From Aliivibrio fischeri ES114 (GTDB lineage Bacteria; Pseudomonadota; Gammaproteobacteria; Enterobacterales; Vibrionaceae): a stretch of 32,000 bases of DNA. Numbering within the stretch: the stretch's first letter is position 1; each line of letters starts with the position of its first letter. A program made the position numbers and the translations under genes. The stretch lies in the NCBI RefSeq assembly GCF_000011805.1, contig NC_006841.2; one strand, 5' to 3'. The notes below the pieces were generated by a model, which worked only from the letters and a program-made list of their open reading frames with translations, was not told where the DNA came from and did not search any database. This document shows positions 9,540 through 18,164 of the stretch, one piece after another.

Positions 9540-10420
9540 TGAATTCACAAACAATATTATTTATTGAGTTAGTTTCAGTATTTATTGGTATCTCTTTATT
9601 TTTATGGTTGTTAGTCCAAATTCTATTGCAACGTAAATTATTAGGTAAATATTTAGCAAAGCATAAAGAGTTTAATAAAGATGATAATGTATTTGATAAA
9701 GTAGAGCGATTTTTACCTAGTGTCGCTTCGAATGATGCCGACAGCATTGAAAGAAAGTTTTATTCTGCCGGTTTATACGAATCAAAATACGCTCATTTAT
9801 ATATGCCCGTTAAATATTTAACGGCGGCTATTGGTTCGGGGATAATTTATTTATTACTAGGTAAAGATTCCTCAATGACAACGCAAGTCGCATTAATGTG
9901 TATTTGGTTAGTTGTGTGTATTTCTATTCCTGATGCCATATTAAGTTCAAGAAAAAAAGCATTGGAAGAAAAACTGTCTGGCCAATTACCGTATTTATTA
10001 GATTTACTAGCAATGTGTGTACATACCGGAATGACGATCGAATCATCATTAAGCTATCTAGCTAAAGAAATGCAAGGGTTTGATAAAGACTTAGCTCATA
10101 TGATTGCAAGAACGAATGATAGAGCTAATATCGTTGGATTAGAGCCAGCTTTAGATGAACTTTATGTTCGGGTACCGACTAATGAAATGCGAAGTTTTGT
10201 TATGACGTTAAAACAAAGCTTACATTATGGTAGTTCGATATATGAAATATTAAATACATTAGCGGCTGATATTCGTAGTGTTCGTTTACTTTCGTTAGAA
10301 GAAAAAGTGGGAAAACTTGCAGCTAAAATGTCTGTACCACTTATTTTATTTATCATGATCCCCGTCGTGATATTAATTGCTGCTCCAGGAGTAATGAGGA
10401 TGATGACAGGTGTATATTAA
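9539..10420 (+). CDS. tadC: Tad inner-membrane protein TadC
   Basis: ORF 9509..10420; ATG at 9539 overlaps the tadB stop. T2SF-like 'LPYLLDLLAMCVHTGMTIESSLSYLAKEM'. Confidence 0.93.
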   Translation: MNSQTILFIELVSVFIGISLFLWLLVQILLQRKLLGKYLAKHKEFNKDDNVFDKVERFLPSVASNDADSIERKFYSAGLYESKYAHLYMPVKYLTAAIGSGIIYLLLGKDSSMTTQVALMCIWLVVCISIPDAILSSRKKALEEKLSGQLPYLLDLLAMCVHTGMTIESSLSYLAKEMQGFDKDLAHMIARTNDRANIVGLEPALDELYVRVPTNEMRSFVMTLKQSLHYGSSIYEILNTLAADIRSVRLLSLEEKVGKLAAKMSVPLILFIMIPVVILIAAPGVMRMMTGVY

Positions 10421-11153
10421 AAAAATAGTAATCGGTTTACTTTTTGTTACGTTAGTTGGGTGCTCATCTAGTCCTGATACTGAAGAGACAAAAGAGAAAA
10501 TTCTTATTAAAACAAATAATTATTCAGATTTGATTATTTTTTATAAGAATCAGTTAAAAGTATCTGAAGACCCTTATACTCGTGAAAAACTGGCGCAAGC
10601 CTATTTAGATTCTGGAGATCCAGATTCAGCTCTTTTTGCAATCCAATATCTTAATGAGGATGACGATTCTCGAAGTATTTCTTCATTTTTAATTGAAGCA
10701 AATGCGCAGTTAGAATGCGGAATGTTAGAACCGGCTTTAGATACAGTAAATCGTGTATATAAATTAAATGAGGATAACCCTGAGATTGAAAATTTATTAG
10801 GTGTTATTTATGCGAGTAAGCGTGATTTAGATAAATCTCGTCATTATTTTAATTTAGCAAGAAAGCATTTATACAGTGATATTACGATAAAAAATAATTT
10901 GGCTATTCTCAATATTATTGAAGGCAAATATGACCAAGCAGTTAAATTATTATTACCAATATATATGAGTAATAAAAATGATGCCTTAGTACAAGCTAAT
11001 TTAATGTTAGCAATGGCGAAAGCTGGTGATTTAGAGTTTATGGAAAAAGTATTGTCGCCGCAATTCAGTAAGCAAGAAATTGAAAGACGCTACTCAATTC
11101 TAAAAAATACTGAATCACATCGTGATGATACAAACCTGTTTGGAGCGGATTAA
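10410..11153 (+). CDS. tadD: Tad TPR lipoprotein TadD
   Basis: GTG start overlapping tadC; lipobox 'LLFVTLVGCSSSP'; TPR-like repeats 'NPEIENLLGVIYASKRDLDKSRHYFNLARK'. Confidence 0.88.
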   Translation: MYIKKIVIGLLFVTLVGCSSSPDTEETKEKILIKTNNYSDLIIFYKNQLKVSEDPYTREKLAQAYLDSGDPDSALFAIQYLNEDDDSRSISSFLIEANAQLECGMLEPALDTVNRVYKLNEDNPEIENLLGVIYASKRDLDKSRHYFNLARKHLYSDITIKNNLAILNIIEGKYDQAVKLLLPIYMSNKNDALVQANLMLAMAKAGDLEFMEKVLSPQFSKQEIERRYSILKNTESHRDDTNLFGAD

Positions 11154-11157
11154 CATC

Positions 11158-11646
11158 ATGAAAATTAAAAAGAACAGGGGTGTAGCCAGTATTGAGTTTG
11201 CAATGGGATTTATGGTTTTTTGGTTGATTTGTATGGCTTGGGTTGAAATGAGTTATATGTCATATGTATCAGCAATAAGTGATCTCATTATTTCTGAATC
11301 AGCTCGAGAATCCAAAACAAAAAACTCGGATTATCTGCAGGCGTTTACTGATGCTGTAAATGATAATCAATCGATCTGGGGTAATGTGGTTGATCCAAGT
11401 AAATTTACGATGTCGATACAATACTTAAAGAGTGTAAACGAACTAGGTTCATTAGTTGAGCCATGTACAGTTCCTGATAGTGAGAGTACTGCTGAATGTG
11501 GTTCATCAGATAATAGTTCCATTGCTGTTTATCGAATTGATTATCGTTTTTCACCCATTTTTACTTATTTTATGGGATTTGAAGGAATTTTCAGCCGAGA
11601 AGATATTGTGATTCAGGAGTACGAACGTGATGCCTTTAAAGTTTAA
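11158..11646 (+). CDS. tadE: Tad pseudopilin TadE
   Basis: ORF 11122..11646; ATG 11158. 'KNRGVASIEFAMGFMVFWLICMAWVEMSYM' prepilin-like TadE motif. Confidence 0.88.
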   Translation: MKIKKNRGVASIEFAMGFMVFWLICMAWVEMSYMSYVSAISDLIISESARESKTKNSDYLQAFTDAVNDNQSIWGNVVDPSKFTMSIQYLKSVNELGSLVEPCTVPDSESTAECGSSDNSSIAVYRIDYRFSPIFTYFMGFEGIFSREDIVIQEYERDAFKV

Positions 11647-12169
11647 ACAACGTGGAAACTTTACTGTTGAGTTTGCAATGGTAGGGCTAGGTCTTAGTTT
11701 GATTTTTATATTTAGCGCTGATGTAATAATAAAACTATCAATAAAAGGTAAGTTAGATCGGCTCTCTTATTCTCTTGTTAATGTTTTAAAAGAGCGAACA
11801 CAGTTATATGACGAAGATTATTTAATAACGAACAGTGAAAGTAGTGAAATATTTAATATTGCAAAGAATTCACTGCGCCGCACATTAGGAAGTTATGAAG
11901 ATGAACGTTTTGGTGCCGTTATTGAAGAGTTAACTTTTCGTGATATTGGTGCACCGAATACACCGGTTACGTATAACTATGGTTCTTTTTCCTGTCCTTT
12001 ATCTAAAAGGATCGGTGAGCTTGACTATTTATCAGTGGTTACCACATGGGAAAGGCAAGCAACGTTATATCGTGTCACCTTATGTTATCAAACAGACAAT
12101 ATGTTTGGTTCAGTCGTTGGTGAGTCATACACAGATGTCATTTCATCGTCAGTGATGATTGGGAGGTAG
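11627..12169 (+). CDS. tadF: Tad pseudopilin TadF
   Basis: 'QRGNFTVEFAMVGLGLSLIFIFSADVIIKLSIKGKLDRLSYSLVNVLKERTQLY'; overlaps tadE by 20 nt. Confidence 0.88.
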   Translation: MMPLKFKQRGNFTVEFAMVGLGLSLIFIFSADVIIKLSIKGKLDRLSYSLVNVLKERTQLYDEDYLITNSESSEIFNIAKNSLRRTLGSYEDERFGAVIEELTFRDIGAPNTPVTYNYGSFSCPLSKRIGELDYLSVVTTWERQATLYRVTLCYQTDNMFGSVVGESYTDVISSSVMIGR

Positions 12170-12170
12170 T

Positions 12171-13442
12171 ATGAGAAATTTAAGAAAGCATCAGCAAGGT
12201 CACGCTGCCATTTTATTTGCAATGATGATACCTGCGTTGTTTGGAATATTTGCTTTAGCTAGTGATGGTGCTAGAGCTATTCAAACTAAAGCAAGAATAG
12301 AAGACGCAAGTGAGGTGGCAGCTCTTGCTATTTCAGCTCACAATGATCCTGATCAACCGGATAATGGTTCTTATACTCCAAGTACTAGGAACAGACAAAT
12401 AGTCGTGGATTATGTAAATGCTTACATTAGTGATATTGATGCTGTTACAGATATTAAAGTGGCAAAAAGACGTTGTGAATTAATTTCTGGCTGCGTAGCT
12501 GGTTTATATAAAGGGGATGCGCGTTATTTAGAGCATGAGATTGATGTAACAACAAGACAAAACTCATGGTTTCCCGGTAATGAAGCGATTGAAGGAATGG
12601 GGGAGACGTTTTCAACACGTGGCAAGTCCTTGGCTCGTAAATATCAAAGTGAGGCCGTTGATGTGATGTTCGCTGCCGATTTTTCCGGTTCAATGCTAGA
12701 TACTTGGAGTGGCAGCTCTAACCCTAAATATATTGATCTAATTGAGATCATTAGAAATATTTCTGTTGAATTGCAGAAATTTAATGATTTACCAGAGAAC
12801 CGCGATAAAAGCACGATGGGAATATCAGCATTTAGTACCTTTACTAATTCATTCACATCGGATACCGGTATTCAGTGTTCTCTATCTCAAGGTGTTAATA
12901 GTAAAAATAAACCAGGGAACTGGTTTCGACCTGTCAAACCTGCAAATACGGTTGCTAACATTTGGAATGAGAAAACTGAAGATTATTGTAAATCGGGTGC
13001 TTATGCCGGTTTTCATGATGTCAATTTAACTTCAAATTTTAATTCTTTAAATGGTCAAGTAGGTAGCTTTTATGCAGGTGGAGGTACTGCCTCTTATCAA
13101 GCGCTAATTCGTGGAGCACAGCTACTCGATAGAGGACGTAATTCTCGACGTTTGTTGATCGTATTATCGGATGGTATGGATAACGATAGAAACCTAGCTA
13201 ATGGATTAGTTAGTAATGGCATGTGCCGTGAAATTCAAGCTGGTTTAGAGTCAGATAGAACACCTGATGGTAGACCGATTGCAGCAAAAATGGCCGTTAT
13301 TGGGTTTGACTATGATCCATTCGCCAACAAAGCGTTAAAGGATTGTGTTGGAGAAAAGAATGTATACAAAGCAGAAGATGCGGATGAAGTCGAAGACATA
13401 ATTCTAGAGTTAATAAACGAAGAAGTTGGCCATTTAAAATAA
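12171..13442 (+). CDS. tadG: TadG, von Willebrand factor A-domain Tad protein
   Basis: ORF 12159..13442; ATG 12171 preceded by GGGAGG. 'QQGHAAILFAMMIPALFGIFALASDGARAIQ' plus MIDAS 'FAADFSGSM' and 'LLIVLSDGMDNDR'. Confidence 0.9.
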   Translation: MRNLRKHQQGHAAILFAMMIPALFGIFALASDGARAIQTKARIEDASEVAALAISAHNDPDQPDNGSYTPSTRNRQIVVDYVNAYISDIDAVTDIKVAKRRCELISGCVAGLYKGDARYLEHEIDVTTRQNSWFPGNEAIEGMGETFSTRGKSLARKYQSEAVDVMFAADFSGSMLDTWSGSSNPKYIDLIEIIRNISVELQKFNDLPENRDKSTMGISAFSTFTNSFTSDTGIQCSLSQGVNSKNKPGNWFRPVKPANTVANIWNEKTEDYCKSGAYAGFHDVNLTSNFNSLNGQVGSFYAGGGTASYQALIRGAQLLDRGRNSRRLLIVLSDGMDNDRNLANGLVSNGMCREIQAGLESDRTPDGRPIAAKMAVIGFDYDPFANKALKDCVGEKNVYKAEDADEVEDIILELINEEVGHLK

Positions 13443-13481
13443 TAATTTGACGTGTAATACGTTTAAAGTAGAGAGTAAAAA

Positions 13482-14243
13482 ATGTATAAAATTTTAATTA
13501 TAGTTGCTGCTGTTTTAGGGTTATCTTTTAATGCTAATGCTAATGCTAATGCTAATGCTAATGCTAATGCTAATGCTAATGCTAATGCTAATGCTAATGC
13601 TAATGCTAATGCTAATGCTAATGCTAATGCTAATGCTAATGCTAATGCTAATGAGAAAGTGGAAGATATCAAAAAATCAGAACAATCAGTTTTAATTTAT
13701 TGTGGTTCTGTAAACAAAGAGTATCAAAAAGAAGTGAATGTGGCTGAAGGAAAAAGACTTTCGCTTAACGAAGGTGGCTTTTATCAAATTCAGCATCTTG
13801 AACCAATTGAACCTAAAGGTGCATTTGTTAATCGTGAGCTTGATAGCATTGATGTTGAATCAACGTGTTCCGAATTTTTAATCAGTAATACATCAGATGC
13901 ATTAGTAAATAAAAATGCAGTATTAGCTCGTGTGTATTTTAATTTTGATAAATCAACATTAACTAAGCGCTCAGAGTATGTGCTTGATAAGCTTTACTCC
14001 AAAATGGGCGAGAAAGATATTAAATTGAAAGTTGAAGGTCATACTGATTCAAAAGGCAGCAGCACCTATAATTACGATCTGGGGCTAAAAAGAGCGAATA
14101 TTGTATATCAATACTTAGTCCAACAAGGAGCTGAACCTAATCAGTTTTCTGTGGTTACTAAAGGTGAACGAGAGCCTATTAAAACAAATAAAACTGCAAA
14201 TGGACGAGAAAAGAACCGACGAGTAGAAATTGAGAAAATTTAA
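13482..14243 (+). CDS. OmpA-family (OmpA C-like, peptidoglycan-binding) secreted protein with N-terminal (Asn-Ala)20 tract
   Basis: Signal-like 'MYKILIIVAAVLGLSF', NA repeat, then 'VYFNFDKSTLTKRSEYVLDKL...LKVEGHTDSKGSSTYNYDLGLKRANIVYQYLVQQG...NRRVEIEKI'. Confidence 0.92.
   Translation: MYKILIIVAAVLGLSFNANANANANANANANANANANANANANANANANANANANANEKVEDIKKSEQSVLIYCGSVNKEYQKEVNVAEGKRLSLNEGGFYQIQHLEPIEPKGAFVNRELDSIDVESTCSEFLISNTSDALVNKNAVLARVYFNFDKSTLTKRSEYVLDKLYSKMGEKDIKLKVEGHTDSKGSSTYNYDLGLKRANIVYQYLVQQGAEPNQFSVVTKGEREPIKTNKTANGREKNRRVEIEKI
13530..13649 (+). repeat. Perfect short tandem repeat (AATGCT)x20 inside OmpA-like CDS
   Basis: Counted directly: 13530-13649 is 120 nt = 20 exact AATGCT units, followed by AAT GAG. 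Confidence 0.97.
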
Positions 14244-14363
14244 TTAGCTTAAATTGAATTTTTTGGTTCAGAATAGAGTAATAATGAAATTTTAGAATGT
14301 CATATTCTATAGTTTTATTGTTGCTCTATTCTGTTTTGTTTTATCTAAAATTAATAGTTTATT

Positions 14364-14999
14364 GTGAATAATATAGATGTATATGTAAACAAGAAAGAAA
14401 GATTGCTGACAGATAATATGAGTTTGAATGTGTATTTAACAAAATATGAATTCAAGCTCTTTATTTGTTTGTTAAACTCTCCAGGTGTTAATCAAACAAA
14501 TGAGGTTTTAATTAACACAATATGGAATGACAATGGTAAGGATAGCTCTAATTTAATACAGTTGATATCGAAAACAAGGCGACACTTAAAACCATTAGAA
14601 CACGTTTTTAAAATTAAATCACAAAGAGGGGAAGGGTATTCAATAGTCGTTAATAATAATTATAATTTCATTAATAATTGTTTTAGAGCAAATGAAGTAG
14701 AATATTCTGATAATAAAGAAACACTTACGCTTGATATTACGGATAAAATGTTTAGTAAAGAGCTTGTTTTGTCATTGTTAATATCTATAATAGTTTCCTT
14801 ATATATGTCGAATCGAACTTTATTCTTCCCTGATATTAATACAATCAATGATAGATTTATTGGGATGAATTGTTATAAAGATAAGATGATAAAATCAACT
14901 TATAAATTTGATTGTGAAAAATCTGGAATTGATTTCTCAAAGAGTAAGAACTATGTACTATCTACTTTTGATGAAAAAATTGTTTATACAGAAAAGTGA
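14364..14999 (+). CDS. Membrane-associated winged-helix (ToxR/TcpP-type) transcriptional regulator
   Basis: 211 aa: Trans_reg_C-like 'LTKYEFKLFICLLNSPGVNQTNEVLINTIW...LIQLISKTRRHLKPLEHVFKIKSQRGEGYSI', one TM 'ELVLSLLISIIVSLYMSN', short periplasmic tail with two Cys (MNCYKD, KFDCEKS). Confidence 0.85.
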   Translation: MNNIDVYVNKKERLLTDNMSLNVYLTKYEFKLFICLLNSPGVNQTNEVLINTIWNDNGKDSSNLIQLISKTRRHLKPLEHVFKIKSQRGEGYSIVVNNNYNFINNCFRANEVEYSDNKETLTLDITDKMFSKELVLSLLISIIVSLYMSNRTLFFPDINTINDRFIGMNCYKDKMIKSTYKFDCEKSGIDFSKSKNYVLSTFDEKIVYTEK

Positions 15000-15000
15000 A

Positions 15001-15414
15001 ATGGTTAATAATTACATGATGTTAACCATTTTTTTGGTAACTGGTTTATTCTTAATAACAAAAGAGGTAAAAGAAAATTATGTTGGAACTTTAACCGAAC
15101 TATCTGGAATTAAGCACCATTATACAGTTACCATTTTTGATTATAAAAAAATGTTAGTAGATGAAACTATTGATGGAATAAATGGATTAACAAGAACTAA
15201 TGTTTGTTTATTTACATTAAATCATATAGATGATAATAGATATATTTTATTAACAAAAGAATCATTATCAAACGAATCGAAAAGAGAAAGATGTATTGGT
15301 TTTTTTAGTAACCTTTCAATGCTGTCTTTTTATAGTGATGATGATGGTTTATTCGTTGAAAATAATAATGCATATCTATTTTTAAAACGAAAAAAAGAAA
15401 ATAGGCTCAAGTGA
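15001..15414 (+). CDS. Small membrane-anchored partner protein, TcpH/ToxS-like by architecture
   Basis: ORF 14908..15414; ATG 15001 sits 1 nt after the regulator stop codon. 137 aa, N-terminal TM 'MMLTIFLVTGLFLI', exported domain with exactly two Cys. Confidence 0.65.
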   Translation: MVNNYMMLTIFLVTGLFLITKEVKENYVGTLTELSGIKHHYTVTIFDYKKMLVDETIDGINGLTRTNVCLFTLNHIDDNRYILLTKESLSNESKRERCIGFFSNLSMLSFYSDDDGLFVENNNAYLFLKRKKENRLK

Positions 15415-15422
15415 GCCTATTT
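15398..15422 (-). terminator. Intrinsic terminator hairpin in convergent 3' ends, T-tract on minus strand
   Basis: AATAGGCTC-(AAGT)-GAGCCTATT stem (15399-15408/15413-15422); minus strand continues TTTTCTTTTTTTCG. Spans the stop codons of both genes. Confidence 0.75.
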
Positions 15423-17627
15423 AAAAATAGTGGTTATTATTGAGTCTAACTCTTTGTTTTCTATTGGTTTTGCAAGATACCCATCACAATGTTTTTTAAT
15501 TTCAAGCTCTTCATGCACCATACCATGGGCTGTAATTGCTATAACTGGAATATGTTTGGTATTATCTGATGATTTGATACGTTTTGTTAATTCAATTCCA
15601 TCCATTATTGGCATTTTTATATCTGTAAAAATAATGTCTGGTAACTTAATTATTGACTCTAGTTTATTTAGCATATCTTGTCCGTTGATAGCTTCGATAA
15701 TTTCAAACCCGTAATCTTCTACCTTTTTCTTTAAAACTTCCCTGTTGAATTCTATATCATCAATAATTGCGATGGTTTTTGAATCTTTAAATTTAGTAAC
15801 ATTTCTCCGCATTGTATGATATTGGTCGATTAATTTAGATTTAATGATTTCAACATCCTTTAATTTAATACAAATAGATGTTCCTATTCCAACTTTACTT
15901 TTAATTGAGATATTACCGTTCATATCTTCTATGATTTTCTTAGTAATAAACAAACCAAGGCCTGTTCCATATTCTCTGTCTTTATCATAGAGTTGTTCAA
16001 ATGGATTAAATATACGTTCTAAATCTTTTTCTTCAATTCCTCGGCCATTATCGGTAAATACCATGATAAGATCGGTTGTTGTTGGTGTGGAATTTTCATA
16101 TTTTACATCAATATCTATTTTTCCACCATCTTCTGTAAACTTGATGGCATTACTTAAGATATTCATTATTATCTTATTTATATATTTTTTATCTATGTTT
16201 AAATGGTGAAATTCCGTTTTTTTGTATTGAATTTGGATATTCTTTGACTTTGATTGAAACTGAGTAATATCAATAATGTCTGAAATGATATGATCGATAG
16301 AGTTTGGTTTATTGTGGGCAATGATTTTGTCGGCTTCAATTTTACTTAAATCGAGAATGTCATTAACCATCTCTAATAAGCCTTGACCCGCTTTATTTAA
16401 TGTTTCTAATGTTTTCTTTTTCTCACTGTTTTCTTCTTTTTCGATAAGATATAAACTTAGACCTAATATCGCATTTAAAGGCGTTCTTAATTCATGCGAT
16501 ATATTAGCTATAAATTTTGATTTATTGATATTAGCTTTTTCTGCTTGCTCTTTGGATTGTTGAAGAAGTTTCGTTCTTTCAGTTATCTTACTTTCTAAGT
16601 TATTGACTAAAATCGAGATATCTTGGGCCATCAAAGAGACATTTCTCGCTAATGTTCCTAATTCGTCTTTTCTATATAGTAAAGGATTATTGTATTCATA
16701 ATTACCTCTTTGAATTTCTTTGATCCATTCACTAAACAGAATTAATGGACCTTTTACATAATAAGTGATTAAAATTGATGTTATAAGAGTGAATAGGGTA
16801 ATAAATATTATTGTGTTAAATAATTTATTACTAAAAAGAATGTAGTTATTATCAATTTTATTCGTTAGATCTTGATCGTAATTGACCGATAGTTTTTTCT
16901 TTATAAGAGTAACTATGCTCCATGGAAGGTCTTTTACGGGTTGAATTGCAATAATATGGTCTTCACCATTTATTTTTATTTCTGAATCCCATGTCTCTTT
17001 CTTTTCGATTTTTCTCATTGCTATCATTAAGTCATAAGAAATTTCGTCTAGCTTTGTAATGTCCTTCAGTTTTTGTTTATATAGTGATAAGTACTGTTTA
17101 CTATCTGAATTATCAGTCACAACATTCATATTTTTGTCTATAATTATTGTAACGAAGTCAGCGTAATAGTCTTTATTTTTTAATCTATTAAGTAGTTTAG
17201 TTACGTCTGTTTGAAATATTAAATATGTACTTTCATTGATTTTATATTGTTGAGTAACGAGTGTTTCATCGGTAGTGTAACTGATCTTAGAATCACTGAT
17301 GATTACGCTAGTAGAGTACTTTTTTAGTTCTTGCACAGCAGTGTTTAAGATATCTCTTGATTTAATTGATCGAATGTTCTTGATTAACTCAACATATCTT
17401 TTGGAAATGTTTTTTATTTCAATCATTTTTCGATTTAATGAGTTGCTTACATCAAATGAATAGTGCAGTGCACTTTGATGTAAGTACTTATTTTCTGCAT
17501 TTGTAGCAATTGTTTTTACTTCTTCTTGATTTGAAGTGATTATTTTATACGACGTAAACGAAATGAAGACGGAATAGGCAATAATGGTACCAGCAAGAGC
17601 AACAAAGAATTTGTTTTTCAAAAGCAT
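15417..17627 (-). CDS. Hybrid sensor histidine kinase (periplasmic Cache-like sensor, HAMP, HisKA, HATPase_c, REC), no HPt
   Basis: 736 aa: 'KSKFIANISHELRTPLNAILGL', 'NILSNAIKFTEDGGKIDIDV', 'DNGRGIEEKDLERIFNPFEQLYDKDREYGTGLGL', C-terminal 'IAIIDDIEFNRE...DIIFTDIKMPIMDG...YLAKPIENKEL'. Confidence 0.93.
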   Translation of the reverse strand: MLLKNKFFVALAGTIIAYSVFISFTSYKIITSNQEEVKTIATNAENKYLHQSALHYSFDVSNSLNRKMIEIKNISKRYVELIKNIRSIKSRDILNTAVQELKKYSTSVIISDSKISYTTDETLVTQQYKINESTYLIFQTDVTKLLNRLKNKDYYADFVTIIIDKNMNVVTDNSDSKQYLSLYKQKLKDITKLDEISYDLMIAMRKIEKKETWDSEIKINGEDHIIAIQPVKDLPWSIVTLIKKKLSVNYDQDLTNKIDNNYILFSNKLFNTIIFITLFTLITSILITYYVKGPLILFSEWIKEIQRGNYEYNNPLLYRKDELGTLARNVSLMAQDISILVNNLESKITERTKLLQQSKEQAEKANINKSKFIANISHELRTPLNAILGLSLYLIEKEENSEKKKTLETLNKAGQGLLEMVNDILDLSKIEADKIIAHNKPNSIDHIISDIIDITQFQSKSKNIQIQYKKTEFHHLNIDKKYINKIIMNILSNAIKFTEDGGKIDIDVKYENSTPTTTDLIMVFTDNGRGIEEKDLERIFNPFEQLYDKDREYGTGLGLFITKKIIEDMNGNISIKSKVGIGTSICIKLKDVEIIKSKLIDQYHTMRRNVTKFKDSKTIAIIDDIEFNREVLKKKVEDYGFEIIEAINGQDMLNKLESIIKLPDIIFTDIKMPIMDGIELTKRIKSSDNTKHIPVIAITAHGMVHEELEIKKHCDGYLAKPIENKELDSIITTIFK

Positions 17628-17645
17628 TAGTTGTCCTTTCTTTTC

Positions 17646-18041
17646 TTAATTATGGTATAGGGTAATATTTTTCTTTACGGTATTTTTTAACGTTTTTATT
17701 GAAAAAGGCTTTTCTAATATAGTTTGCTTGGGAAAATTATATTGTTTCATTTCTAATAGTTTTTCAAACGAACCCATTAGAATGACATTTTGAGCAGCAG
17801 TGAAAGGATTAAACGATTTCTCACTTAAAAGTTCCATTTTATCTTCAATTGTGTATTTCTCACTGTCTAAATCGTAAACAACAAGATCAGGTACAGGTAT
17901 CTTATGCATGTCTTTTTCTGTGAGTTTATGAAAATTTGTGACTGTCATTGTCTTCGTATCATGTACATCATTTAGTTCACTCAGTACTTTATTTGCTACA
18001 TCTTTGATAAGAAAGTAATTACTTACTATTAATATGTTCAT
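17646..18041 (-). CDS. Stand-alone degenerate receiver (pseudo-receiver) protein
   Basis: 131 aa; 'PDLVVYDLDSE' and 'TILEKPFSIKTLKNTV' resemble receiver phospho-Asp and Lys motifs, but the N-terminal acidic pair is replaced by 'NILIVSNYFL'. 18 nt upstream of the hybrid kinase. Confidence 0.6.
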   Translation of the reverse strand: MNILIVSNYFLIKDVANKVLSELNDVHDTKTMTVTNFHKLTEKDMHKIPVPDLVVYDLDSEKYTIEDKMELLSEKSFNPFTAAQNVILMGSFEKLLEMKQYNFPKQTILEKPFSIKTLKNTVKKNITLYHN

Positions 18042-18164
18042 AACTATGGCTCAAAAAATGATGGATTTCAGTTCGCCATACTAATAGCTATTTAGATTTG
18101 TATTGATAGCATATTTAACTCGGCCTTTTAAATTTCTGCCTAAAGCGCATTATGCTTGGCTATT

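Noticed and set aside
12171-13442. vWA-domain protein as part of a MoxR/vWA defence or metal system
   Set aside because: Pilin-like leader and position at the end of the tad operon identify it as TadG.
13530-13649. Possible CRISPR-like array
   Set aside because: Contiguous 6-nt microsatellite with no spacers, in-frame inside an OmpA-like gene.
13530-13649. On/off phase variation by repeat slippage
   Set aside because: The unit length of 6 nt is divisible by 3, so unit gains or losses keep the frame; only length variation is plausible.
13463-13672. Antisense 69-aa ORF of repeated Ala-Leu
   Set aside because: It is the reverse complement of the AATGCT tandem tract; no independent coding signal.
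2789-14243. A novel secretion or conjugation system
   Set aside because: Gene order and motifs match the known Tad/Flp pilus; the core machinery is not new. Only the associated regulators and repeat are flagged.
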